DNA of 64,000 nucleotides from Macrostomum lignano. Lineage: Eukaryota. Below, piece after piece: positions 11,701-24,451 of this stretch. Numbering within the stretch: position 1 is the stretch's first letter; every line of letters starts with the position of its first letter. The notes below the pieces were generated by a model, which had not been told where the DNA came from, did no database searches, and was given only the letters and a program-made list of their open reading frames with translations. The position numbers were made by a program, and so were the translations under genes. The stretch spans positions 1 to 64,000 of the forward strand of contig NIVC01001877.1 in NCBI GenBank assembly GCA_002269645.1. The letters are read 5' to 3'.

Positions 11701-14700
11701 GGCTAGTTACACACAGCAGCAGGCTAGTTACACACAGCAGCAGGCTAGTTACAGACACAGCAACAGGCTAGTTACAGCCACAGCAGCAGGATAGTTACAC
11801 ACAGCAGCAGGCTAGTTACAGACACAACAGGCTAGTTACAGACACAACAGGCTAGTTACAGACACAGCAACAGGCTAGTTACAGACACAGAAACAGGCTA
11901 GTTACAGACACAACAGGCTAGTTACAGACACAGCACAGGCTAGTTACAGACACAGCACAGGCTAGTTACAGACACAGCAGCAGGCTAGTTACACACAGCA
12001 GCAGGCTAGTTACAGACACAACAGGCTAGTTACAGACACAACAGGCTAGTTACACACACAGCAACAGGCTAGTTACACACACAGCAACAGGCTAGTTACA
12101 CACACAACAACAGGCAAATTACAGGCTAGTGAAAGTCAAGAACAAGGCATGCCAGACTAAAAGCGTCAACCGGTGATACACCAAAAGAGACCAACCAGAA
12201 TCGTATTCGTCGCTTCTGTACATCTCGTCTCCATAGGCGACATAGTCTTCATCATCGTATTCGTCGCCGTAGTCGTAGCCGTAGCCGTTTCTGTTGCCAC
12301 GCCGACCGTCGCCGAAGCGTAGCGAAGTCGCCGGCGGCTGTCGAGAAGGTGGCGCCGTCGGCGCCCTGGTTAACTGGCGTTCGTCGCGCAGCGCGAATTC
12401 CAGGCTGATCAGCAGGCGGTCGCCGGCAGTTTCCGACACGCGGCTGCGAACCAGGCGTTCCATGCGCGGCGTGCCGATGGAGGCTCGGAACTCCGGGTTC
12501 GAGTCGGCGTGCAGCTGCAAGTTAGAGTGTCGGTGAGGGTTAGAAATGTGTCGATAAGGGTTAGCAATGTGTCGGTGAGGATAAGAAATGTGTTGATGAG
12601 GGTTAGCAATGTGTCGATGAGGGTTAGGAATGTGCCGGTGAGGGTTAGGAATGTGTCGATGAGGGTTAAGAGTGTGTCAATGAGGGTTAGGAATGTTTCG
12701 ATGAAGATGAGGAGTTTGTCGATGAGGGTGAGCAATTTGTCAGTGAGGGTTAGCAATGTGTCAGTGAATATTATAAATGTGTCGGTGAGGGTTAGCAATG
12801 TGTCGGTGAGGGTTAGCAATGTGTCGGTGAGGGTTAGCAATGTGTCAGTGAGGGTTAGCAATGTGTTGGTAAGGATTAGAAATGTGTCAGTGAATATTAT
12901 AAATTCCTTATGGTGGAGGATAAGGAATTGTTGGAAGCCAACCTTGAGATGCGCCACAACGTGTTCCAGCTGACGGCGCCAATAGCCGCGCCCCGGACTG
13001 ACAGTAGTCAGGAATGTCGACTGCGTCGGCTGAGCTTCAGTCTGACCTCCAGCAATTTGTCGTCGCTGCTGCTGCTGCGACGGCACCGACGGTGGACCAG
13101 CTGATTGATTTCGCAATTCCTGACAGATTTCATGATTCACGACTATTTTTTTTATTTCATGTTCGTAGGTCGTACGTAGTCGTACGTAGGTACGACAGAC
13201 AGACAGACAGACAGACAGACACACAGACAGAAACACAGACAGACACACAGACAGATACACAGACAGACACACAGACAGACACACAGACAGACACTGAGAC
13301 AGACCCTCAGACAGACACTGAGACAGACCCTCAGACAGACCCTCAGACAGACACACAGACAGACAGACACACAGACAGAAACACAGACAGAAACACAGAC
13401 AGAAACACAGACAGAAACACAGACAGACACACAGACAGACACACAGACAGACACACAGACAGACACACAGACAGATACACAGACAGACACACAAACAGAC
13501 ACACAGACAGACACACAGACAGAAACACAGACAGACACACAGACAGATACACAGACAGACACACAGACAGATACACAGACAGACACACAGACAGATACAC
13601 AGACAGACAGACACACAGACAAACACACACAGATACACAGACAGACACACAAACAGACACACAGACAGACACACAGACAGAAACACAGACAGACACACAG
13701 ACAGATACACAGACAGACACACAGACAGATACACAGACAGACACACAGACAGATACACAGACAGATACACAGACAGACACACAAACAGACACACAGACAG
13801 ACACACAGACAGAAACACAGACAGACACACAGACAGATACACAGACAGACACACAGACAGATACACAGACAGACACACAGACAGATACACAGACAGACAC
13901 ACAGACAAACACACACAGATACACAGACAGACACACAAACAGACACACAGACAGACACACAGACAGAAACACAGACAGACACACAGACAGATACACAGAC
14001 AGACACACAGACAGATACACAGAAAGACACACAGACAGACACATAGACAGATACACAGACAGACACACAAACAGACACACAGACAGACACACAGACAGAC
14101 ACACACACAGACAGACACACTGACAGATACACAGACAGACACACAGACAGACACACAGACAGACACACACACAGACAGACACACTGACAGATACACAGAC
14201 AGACACACACACAGACAGACACACTGACAGATACACAGACAGACAGATACACAGACAGACACACAGACAGATACACAGACAGACACACAGACAGATACAC
14301 AGACAGACACACAGACAGATACACAGACAGACACACAGACAGATACACAGACAGACACACAGACAGACACACAGACAGACACACAGACAGACACACACAC
14401 AGACAGACACACTGACAGATACACAGACAGACACACAGACAGACACACAGACAGACACACACACAGACAGACACACTGACAGATACACAGACAGACACAC
14501 ACACAGACAGACACACTGACAGATACACAGACAGACACACAGACAGACACACAGACAGACACACACACAGACAGACACACTGACAGACACACAGACACAC
14601 ACACAGACAGACACACTGACAGATACACAGACAGACACACACACAGACAGACACACTGACAGATACACAGACAGACACACAGACAGACACACAGACAGAC

Positions 14701-15044
14701 ACACACACAGACAGACACACTGACAGATACACAGACAGACACACACACAGACAGACACACAGACAGACACACACACAGACAGACACACTGACAGACACAC
14801 AGACAGACACACACACAGACAGACACACTGACAGATACACAGACAGACACACACACAGACAGACACACTGACAGATACACAGACAGACACACAGACAGAC
14901 ACACAGACAGACACACACACAGACAGACACACTGACAGATACACAGACAGACACACACACAGACAGACACACTGACAGATACACAGACAGACAGACACAC
15001 AGACAGACACACAGACAGACACACAGACATACACAGACAGACAC

Positions 15045-15087
<43 letters not shown>

Positions 15088-15124
15088 TACACAGACAGAC
15101 ACACAGACATACACAGACAGACAC

Positions 15125-15155
<31 letters not shown>

Positions 15156-15192
15156 TACACAGACAGACACACAGACATACACAGACAGACAC

Positions 15193-15223
<31 letters not shown>

Positions 15224-15236
15224 CACAGACAGACAC

Positions 15237-15267
<31 letters not shown>

Positions 15268-17555
15268 TACACAGACAGACACACAGACAGACAGACAGAC
15301 AGACAGACTCACAGACAGACACACAGACAGACACACAGACATACACAGACAGACACACAGACAGACAGACAGACAGACACACAGACATACACAGACAGAC
15401 ACACAGACAGACAGACAGACAGACACACCTGCAGTTCGGCCTCTAATTTCCTCAGCTCCAATGCGGACGGGTACAGCAGGCCGACTGTCTGCGTGCCGGC
15501 GTCAAGAGTCGGCACAGGCGGCGGGCGGGCTGCCGCCGCAGCGGCCTGCCTTGCCAGAGACAGGGTGAACCCGGTGGAGGCGTCCGAGGCGGGCCCGCCA
15601 GCAGCCAGCGGGCGGCCACAGCAGTCGCAGTAGAAAGCGTCCGGCCGGCCGGTGGCCAGACGCCGGCAGTGGCCGCAGAAGCCCGGGGCCGGGAGCGCCA
15701 GGGGAGGTGGCGGCGGCGGCGGCGGCGGTGGCGGCGGGGCGGCGAACGGCAGGTCGCAGACGACGCACTTGGCCAGGCCGAGAGGCACCTGCTTGGCGCA
15801 GTGCGGGCACGGGCCGTGCGGCTGCGGCAGAGACATGCCAGCCGAGCTGAGAAATTTTCATTGTGAGAACGTGGGCTTAGGAGTTTAGGTTAGAGTGGCA
15901 ATTAAGTGACAATGGAATAACACCCACTGAAGTTAAATAGGAGTGACGGAAAGAAGTAAAATGCGACATTGTTGAGTGCAATTTGAGTGACACTATGGAG
16001 TGAAACTGGAGTGATACTATGGAGTGAAACTGGATTAATACTATGGAGTGAAACTGGATTAATACTATGGAGTGAAACTGGAGTGATACTACGGAGTGAA
16101 ACTGGAGTGATACTATGGAGTGAAACTGGATTGATACTATGGAGTGAAACTGGATTAATACTATGGAGTGAAACTGGATTAATACTATGGAGTGAAACTG
16201 GAGTGACACTATGGAGTGAAACTGGATTGATACTATGGAGTGAAACTGGAGTGATACTATGGAGTGAAACTGGATTAATACTATGGAGTGAAACTGGAGT
16301 GATACTATGGAGTGAAACTGGAGTGATACTATGGAGTGAAACTGGAGTGATACTATGGAGTGAAACTGGAGTGATACTATGGAGTGAAACTGGAGTGATG
16401 CTATGGAGTGAAACTGGAGTGATACTATGGAGTGATAGAATGCTAAAATGACACCGGAAGTACTACGCACATAACGCTATGACGTGTTACGCAGCATTTT
16501 AAGACTCAGAGCATCCCATTACCGATCCCAGCAGAGATCCTCACCTAGCAGCTGCGCCGTTGCCAACTCCTGGTGGCTGCATCGACCAATCGACGGGCCG
16601 CCTCTCCAATTCCAATGGCAAGTCGGGATCCTGATCCTCCAGACCGCCGCCGCCGAGGCCGCCGAGACGCCAAGCAGCCTCGTCTTGAATGCCAACGCCC
16701 GGTCCGATACGCTCTCCGGTGATCTGGGAGCGTCGAACTCGGGACTGTTCAGCAGCACCAGCGGCCAGTCTCTGCTGACGCGGCGGCTGCGACGGTCGCA
16801 GATCCTCGAGAAAAGCGAACGCGTCCTCACTGACTCCGCCGCCGCCGGCATTGCCATTGAAATTTGGCGCCGACGAAGGCACGTCTAAGGAGCCCGGCGG
16901 TTGGGGACCTTCGACAGACTCGACGTCGAATGTCTTCGTGACAATGGTCGATTCGGTTCTGCCGTCCCTGTTAATAAGATTAAAGTGCAACCTATTTGCC
17001 AGCATAGGAAAGTTAAGAAGAGTTGGTTGTGGTTAGTGCACAGCCGAGCAAAGCGTCCGACTCTCAACTCAAAGTACCCTGGGTTCGATTTCGCCTGCGG
17101 TCGCATCGACGTGGGGCAATTGTTCATGAGTAATGGGCCGGGAGCTTGTCATCGGGTCTCTCACGGCTTCGAACCCAAGACCTTTGACGCGAAATTCATG
17201 CGCATTACCGCTCGCAGATGCAAGTTTTCTGAATATTTTCCCCTCTAAAATTATACTTTCGATACATATCGGCTTTAAAATAAAAACTACGAACTCACTT
17301 TGAATAGGCAACAGCTTTGATAGTCCGCTTCCCGGGCGGCAGCGGGAACGGCTGCCTGTACTTGAAGGTTGCCCGCTTTCCCATAGGCGAGAACGGCTGC
17401 GGCTTGCTGCCATCGATAGTAAAGAAAATGTTCGCACCACTAGTCTCAGTTGACAGTTCTATTTTGGTCAAATTATCAATGATAGACTTTGGCTGGCCGG
17501 GCACAGGCGGTCTCAGCGGGATAATTACAGGCGCATGCACTTTTCCCGCCGTCAT
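8788..17555 (-). CDS. DZANK1: Double zinc ribbon and ankyrin repeat protein 1, 716 aa; exons 17555-17299, 16967-16545, 15846-15429, 13119-12943, 12514-12196, 11123-11020, 10942-10859, 9906-9779, 9114-9040, 8953-8788
   Basis: N-terminal [26 protein letters not shown] domain, CxxC zinc ribbons, [25 protein letters not shown] and NPEFRA motifs, and C-terminal ankyrin repeats ([14 protein letters not shown]). All nine introns are GT-AG with consistent phases; total 2151 nt, open to TGA. Confidence 0.93.
9270..9690. repeat. 21-bp minisatellite (gggagataaggtagacagaga) in DZANK1 intron 8
   Basis: About 20 tandem copies. Confidence 0.95.
10068..10790. repeat. 66-bp minisatellite, about 11 copies, in DZANK1 intron 7
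   Basis: Near-identical units gccaatgagagagcagagacttcttaccccgtggctttgttgacacccacctcactacacccctca. Confidence 0.97.
11165..12130. repeat. 20-23-bp minisatellite (acaggctagttacagacacagca) in DZANK1 intron 5
   Basis: About 40 variable tandem copies. Confidence 0.95.
12525..12900. repeat. 21-bp minisatellite (gtgtcggtgagggttagcaat) in DZANK1 intron 4
   Basis: Tandem degenerate copies fill the intron. Confidence 0.92.
13190..15428. repeat. (GACA/CACA)n compound microsatellite, about 2.2 kb, in DZANK1 intron 3
   Basis: Directly visible; it generates the spurious 680-1005 aa ORFs. Confidence 0.98.
15971..16440. repeat. 24-bp minisatellite (ggagtgaaactggagtgatactat) in DZANK1 intron 2
   Basis: About 19 tandem copies. 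Confidence 0.96.
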
Positions 17556-17959
17556 GTCAATTGTTCTGCAATTAAAATAGTATTTATATGTTATATGTAA
17601 TTGAGCATCAAAACACATTATTTCTACTATTATAAGTAGCTGCTAAGAGAAAAGCAATTTTAATAATAAGTAACACAGAAAATCGCCGCCAATCGCAAAT
17701 CGGTCAGGGTTTAGCCGCGTGTATTTCGGCGGCACAGTATGCAGACTAACAAATTCATAAAAAATGCTGGTTTCAATTGTTTCCATTATCAATTAATTAC
17801 CAACTTGGACAATCAATAAATGATGACGACTAGTTACTTAAGAGCACGCGATGATAAATTTTTAGACAAAAAATAACAACTGAGCGAAATAATGTTTTAA
17901 TGCATGGCAATTATTAGCACTCGAGAAAATAAGACTATAAGTCTATTGTGTACCAATGT

Positions 17960-18625
17960 GGTATGTATACAATCTTCACAAGGGTCATTAGGGGAGCCAA
18001 TCTTCACAAGGGCCATTAGGGGAGCCAATCTTCACAAGGGTCATTAGGCGAGCCAATCTTCGCAAGGGTCATTAGAGGAGCCAATCTTCACAAGGGTCAT
18101 TAGGGGAGCCAATCTTCACAAGGGTCATTAGGGGAGCCAATCTTCACAAGGGTCATTAGGGGAGCCAATCTTCACAAGGGTCATTAGGGGAGCCAATCTT
18201 CACAAGGGTCATTAGGGGAGCCAATCTTCACAAGGGCCATTAGGGGAGCCAATCTTCACAAGGGTCACTAGGGGAGCCAATCTTCACAAGGGCCATTAGG
18301 GGAGCCAATCTTCACAAGGGTCATTAGGGGAGCCAATCTTCACAAGGGTCATTAGGGGAGCCAATCTTCACAAGGGTCATTAGGGGAGCCAATCTTCACA
18401 AGGGTCATTAGGGGAGCCAATCTTCACAAGGGCCATTAGGGGAGCCAATCTTCACAAGGGTCATTAGAGGAGCCAATCTTCACAAGGGCCATTAGGGGAG
18501 CCAATCTTCACAAGGGTCATTAGGGGAGCCAATCTTCACAAGGGTCATTAGGCGAGCCAATCTTCGCAAGGGTCATTAGGCGAGCCAATCTTCACAAGGG
18601 CCATTAGGGGAGCCAATCTTCACAA
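17960..18625. repeat. 28-bp minisatellite (ccaatcttcacaagggtcattaggggag)
   Basis: About 23 tandem copies between parkin and DZANK1. Confidence 0.97.
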
Positions 18626-19065
18626 GGTTCATAAAGGGCACCAAGTTACATAGGGTCATAAAGGGCACCAATTTACATAGGGTCATAAAGGGCACCAAGA
18701 TACATAGGGTCATAAAGGGCACCAATTTACATAGGGTCATAAAGGGCACCGAGTTACATAGGGTCATAAAGGGCACCAACATACATAGGGTCATAAAGGG
18801 CACCAAGCTACAGAGGGTCATAAAGGGCACCAAGCTACAGAGGGTCATAAAGGGCACCAAGCTACATAGGGTCATAAAGGGCACCGAGTTACATAGGGTC
18901 ATAAAGGGCACCAAGCTACAGAGGGTCATAAAGGGCACCAAGCTACAGAGGGTCATAAAGGGCACCAAGCTACAGAGGGTCATAAAGGGCACCAAGCTAC
19001 AGAGGGTCATAAAGGGCACCAAGCTACAGAGGGTCATAAAGGGCACCAAGATACATAGAGGGCAC
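18626..19065. repeat. 27-bp minisatellite (gggtcataaagggcaccaagctacaga)
   Basis: About 16 tandem copies directly abutting the 28-bp array. Confidence 0.97.
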
Positions 19066-19177
19066 ACAAATCTTCAAAATTAGGTGCTTTTTATAACTTT
19101 TTTATACTACAGGGGACTAAAGAATACTGTTGAATCATTCTGAACTGTTAAAAGCACCGAGTTTTATCGCAATAAGT

Positions 19178-21057
19178 TCAACCGAACCAGTGATTGGTCT
19201 GACACTGCTCAGACCACTCCAGCTGGCAGATCCAGCACCAGGACAGGCAGCACAGCCGGCAGGTCATGTGCATGCAGCCACCGTTTCGTTCAGTTGGCGC
19301 TCGACAGCGCGGACAGGGCTTCGAAGTTCGTCGAATTGTACTCATCGACTGACGTTCCGGGTTCGAATCTTCCACGACGCTTTCGACGTTGGTTTCGACG
19401 CAGGAGCCGGCGTGGGCCAAAGCTCGGCAGGACAGGCAGATCTGGGCACCGCAACCGCCTAGGCCGGACTCGCAGGTCACCTGGAACAAGTGAGGTTGAG
19501 AAATTGACACATTCTGGCGCAACGCCACATCATCCCACAATTCCAGCGTCGGGGCAATTCTGCCCAATTCGCTGTACAAAGGCATGCACTCATACACACA
19601 CGCTCTAACCAACCTGTTGAACTTCCGATGAGGCCGGCAGCTCATACTGAACCGAGCACAGCGGGCACATCACGTGACCGGCCTCGGCTGTAAGCAGGGC
19701 GCGCTGAGCGCCAAGCAGCTTCACCCGTTCGTAGGACTCCGCGCCTAACAGACGAAAAGCGTGCGCGTCGCCTAGGTAACGATTTGTACTGCGACAGTTG
19801 TGCGCCGGACAGTCCATGGTCAGGCCGCGGTCGGCTAAAAATACCAGTCGACCGTCGGACAGTCTGGCTGAGGCATCCGTTTTGAAGCAGTCCAGGCAGA
19901 CCGCGTGGCCGCAAGGAAAGAACAGAAGCGGTTGACCGATTGGCTGCAGCTCTGCGCACACGCAACAGGCGGATTGGCCTGGGGGAGGAAGGATGGAGTG
20001 GTGGGTGCAAAACTGAGTCACGTGACCTAGGGAAAGAGAATGGGGTGGTGGTTGCGATACTGAGTCACGTGGTCTAGGGAAAGAGAATGGGGTGGTGGTT
20101 GCGATATTGAGTCACGTGGTCTAGGGAAAGAGAATGGGGTGGTGGTTGCGATACTGAGTCACGTGGTCTAGGGAAAGAGAATGGGGTGGAGGGTGCGATA
20201 CTAAGTCACATGGCCTAGAGCGGGGAATGGGTGGTGGTGCGACACTGAGTCACGTGGCCTAGAGAGGGGAATGGGTGGTGGGTGTGACACTGAGTCACGT
20301 GGCATAGGGAAAGGATAAGGAAAATGAGGTGTTGGGCGCAACACAATCACGCGGCCTCACCATCATCCAGATTAGTGCTGAGCTCTCTAATCGGCACACA
20401 CCTCCTGGTCGCATGCGGACCCTCAGCCGAGCAAGCGGCCTCAAATCGAACGCATCGCTGATGCCCGCAGTATGGGCAGTCGCCACCGTCAGCTCGACGG
20501 TCGTCCAGCAGATCCGCCCAGTTCCTAGGCTCGTTAGCGCCAACAACATGGCCGCCACTGTCTGACAAGCTGACGCTTCTACCGCAGTTGACGCAGACGG
20601 CGCAAACCACCGCCGATCTGGTAGCCTCGCAATCGTAGCAGAACAGCCACAGCGTAGGCACAAGGCGTCGAGCGGCAGCGGCAGACTCGTTGCTATGACA
20701 ACTATCGCTATTAAAACGTCGGCTGCGAAGTTCAAGTCGAGAATTCTCAACAATACCGCAGTCGGTTAGGGAGGCGTTGTCGTCAAGGGGAGAACTGGAA
20801 TATGTTCCAGGTAGGAATCGAATTTTCCTATAAAGACTTTATGGTGAAATGATGAAAGAATATGCTGCTAATTAAAAAACATACCCAGATACTGTATCAG
20901 TCAGCAGTGCAATTTCTACATCAACTGGTGCCAGACCAAAATGCTGACAAGCCAGTTGCTTTAGGAAAAGTACATTCCATCTGGGCTGTGCATCGACTGA
21001 CCAGGTTGGTGGTGGCTGCTGAGTGTCAGATAACTGCACTAGTACTGTTAGATGCAT
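19178..21057 (-). CDS. PRKN: Parkin RBR E3 ubiquitin ligase, 424 aa; exons 21057-20885, 20794-20361, 19978-19614, 19480-19178
   Basis: Ubl, RING0, RING1 (CGHAVCLDCF, HAFRLLG..Y), IBR (VTCESGLGGCG) and RING2 (KPCPRC..ERNGGCMHMTC..WCWIC..HWF) in order. GT-AG introns in phases 2, 1, 0 give a 1275-nt open frame. Confidence 0.92.
20005..20305. repeat. About 47-bp minisatellite in parkin intron 2
   Basis: About six copies of gagtcacgtggtctagggaaagagaatggggtggtggttgcgatact. Confidence 0.92.
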
Positions 21058-24000
21058 ATTTATCTGTAATTTTAGTTTGGATTTTCCTTTAATATTATTG
21101 TTTTCAGTCTGAATACCAGATGCTATTAATCACATAGCACTTAGAAGCAAATATATGTGAAATCGATTTATTATATACAACAGTAGTACTAGAATAGTAC
21201 TCTAGACTAATAATTTAGCCAATATTTATTTATACAACAAAGGTGATACTATCTATAGCATGATGATTGTATAAATAAGAAAGAAAATAAGAAAGAAAGC
21301 AAAAATATTTCAAGGTAGACTAAATTGGTATGAAAAAAAGAATATTAATATTAAATTGATGGATTACTTTTTTATAAGTATACTTACAGGGTAAGTACTA
21401 TGTCAAGAACTTATACTTTGTATAGCCCCAATATCAAGTTTTTATTCTAAACGCTAAAAAATGAATTAGTTATTTAAATTAATTAATTTATTTAATTATT
21501 CTTTAATTAGCACAGACATTTGACAAGCTAAACAACATAAATACTGTTATAGCTATGTTACAATATGTATTTTATTGCTGAATTCTATGTAACAATCATT
21601 TGCAAAATATCCTATAAATGACATGTGTTGGTAATTTAATGTTACCATTAATTTCGATTAATTTTGAATGTTTGTTATAAAGTAAATAACTTAAAAATTA
21701 TTTAATTAGTTTTGCAAGATAAAATTCAACTAAGTGTCAATGAGCTTATGACTAAAGGATAGTAGGCTATAAGCATCACTAATCACAAATTATTGCACTA
21801 AATATCTAAAAAAGTTCTGCTGTCTGTTGCCTATTTAACTTTACCATAAACAAATACATAAATGATCAGCAGAAAGTGTGATATTTTGATATCTAAATAA
21901 AATATTTAATATGTCTTTCGGCTAATATTCAGTGTAGTGTAGTGCTGTTGCTTTTGTAGATGACATCAGTTATACTAAAAATAAACTTATTTTCTAAAAA
22001 ACACATATACATTGTCAGAACACTACGAAAAGAGATAAACGCTGATTATCTTGTATAGGACGCCTATCTGCCACACATGTGTATGCATGTATTAATGTAT
22101 ACATACGTCACGTCGGTCATATGATCATATGCCGTAGCATACGTCAGATGGCATCTGATCTGACTTAAAAATGGGTTTGCCGACAGATACAGCGACAGAT
22201 ATTCATTCAATACAATCTTCTGTATGTATATTGGATCTTAATTTATATAGATATATAGATATATAGATAATACAGATAAATAAAAGGTGTGAATGCTTTT
22301 CGGTAGACCGGTATAATACACGATAACATATTTGCAACCATGGCAGCGAAGTTAAATTTTTTAGAGACAAACTAACCAAACATTTACAAGAAACACTGTA
22401 TTAAACAAATGCCTTTTGTGGTTTTTTTCTTAAACTGTATTTATCTGCTTTTAAAAGCAGTTTAATTTTATTTATAAGAACTAACATTCTTTGTTAATCT
22501 TAATTCCGGCTTGTATAATGTCAATACATTGCGAGGCAAATAATAAGACAGGCCGCTACTTTTGTTCAGGAAAAAACTATAGATGTTTTTGTTGTCCCTG
22601 CTTAAGTTCTTTGCATCAGAAAGAAGTCAGGATACTAGAGAGTCGTTGAGCCTTGGACTACCAAAAATAGCAGTTTCTATTATTAGCCATTTATTCTATT
22701 CAATTATTCTACATATGTCATTCTCTGACAATATAGAGTAGAAGAACACAAAAATGATAACTATGCAAGCCTTCAAGTTTTTGTTTTTCCCCCAGATTAG
22801 ACCGTTTAATCCCCTTTAAGTACATATAGTATCTGCACTGAGTCGGCACTCGCTAAAATACGACTCAGCCTAACTGTGTGTGCTCGGTCGACGAGATTCT
22901 GTCAACGATTCGAGAGTATATATACATTTTAGTTGTTACACATCTACATTTTATCCGGTAAGGAAACTTGCATATAGCACAGCCATAAATTGACATGGGT
23001 TATGCACGCGCGTGTCCTATGGATGCGCAGATTCAAATTGATAAAATTATAGTAATTTATTTACATGTATGCACACTATACGAGTGCAACGAGCTTACTT
23101 TATAAATACAGTACTTTAGAGGCTCGCAAGAGAATGGTTATTTGTCCGTCTTGAAGTTATTATATAGTGTAGTGAGCCACTATAGGATTACTGCATTGGC
23201 TTACATCTCTCACTCTAGTCAGCAGTTTCCCTCGCCCTCGCTCTGAGCCGCCCCGCCACTGATGCTCCGTTTTGCAGGGCTGGGCAGCTTGGCCTGCTCT
23301 TGGTTCGCTCTCTGTGTAGCAGTCACTACATGTAGTGGCTTCACTGGTGGGCCGCTTTCCCCTTGTCATGTGAGCCATGCAGTCACATGACAAGCTCTGT
23401 TTTCTCGGAAGTCCAGAGTGCAGTGAGTTCTTCGCTGCACAATTGGTCCGTGTTTATGGCGGAAATTGCGCGCTCCGGGACCCTTGCTTTCTCTAAAGCA
23501 AAACCCTAGCGTCAGTTGCTAAGAATACCAATAGCGTCATGCAATCTGACGTCGACGAAATCGGGGTCTCGCCATGGATGAATTATTCATCCATGGGTCT
23601 CGCTTGTAATGATGCAATATGTTTCCTGCCTATAAATGCGGACCCCCTCATGTTTTTGTCAAGGATTCTTTGGCTCTATTCTCTCTCCAGTAAACGAGTT
23701 TTGCAATTGGCCTATTTCTCCCATTGTCCTGACTCAGTTCTCATCCTAAACCCAGACCTCTGAGTCTACTCTGAATCTGAAATTGCAAATCCGCCTGAAG
23801 TGCTGTGTTCGCTCGTCTTTGTTATTTCGTTCCGACGGGATCCTCAACTCACCGAAGGCTGAGACCCGAAGGGACTGGTGGCAGCAACTACCAACGCTAC
23901 TGATAAGTAGGCTCCTGGCAAGAGAGAGAGCCTGAGACAACCCAAGATCTCTGGGGTAGCACAACCTGAGAACCACAGGTACAACATTGGTGTCAGCGGT

Positions 24001-24199
24001 GGGATTAGAAAACCTGTCAGGCCACCTCAAGACGACACCGGTCGAGAAAACACCGAGACCAACAAAAACTTCAATAGCATTACGCAGTAATGGCGAGCAA
24101 GGCATATCGGGTGGAGCACAAAACAGTGGCGAGGAGTCATTTGCTCGATCCAGATCCACATCAAGCTGGCTGCATGGTTGAGAGGAGCGAGATCACCTT

Positions 24200-24451
24200 T
24201 GCCAGGGGACATGACTGCTTTCCCCCCCCCACTCAACCTTAGTTTTGACCCGTTGTGGAAAGCAATAATTTTGTATCAAGGCGCTAAAATATATAGCACC
24301 TGTGACACCAAAATGAGTGCCGGCGGCGCTAAAATGAGCGCGGACAAAACCGATTCATAAAATAAGTACATGTAGGACTTTATAGTCATGTGCATGCACA
24401 AAATAAATTCTTTGCTTTGTCCCCCACCATAAAATCCGTGGCGACGCCCAT
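24200..24451 (+). mobile_element. 5'-truncated MITE, same family as 57268-57655
   Basis: Shares caccaaaatgagtgcc units and the 3' end ttctttgctttg..cccac.ataaaatccgtggcgacgccc with the 57-kb copy. Confidence 0.65.

Noticed and set aside
12409-15426. Very long ORFs (1005, 710 and 681 aa; Cys/Val/Ser/Leu-rich)
   Set aside because: Read-through of the (GACA)n microsatellite. Only the short real DZANK1 exon inside it is coding.
23480-24190. Moderately GC-rich segment with 60-137 aa ORFs
   Set aside because: No recognisable motif or consistent exon structure; possibly a decayed mobile element, but unsupported.
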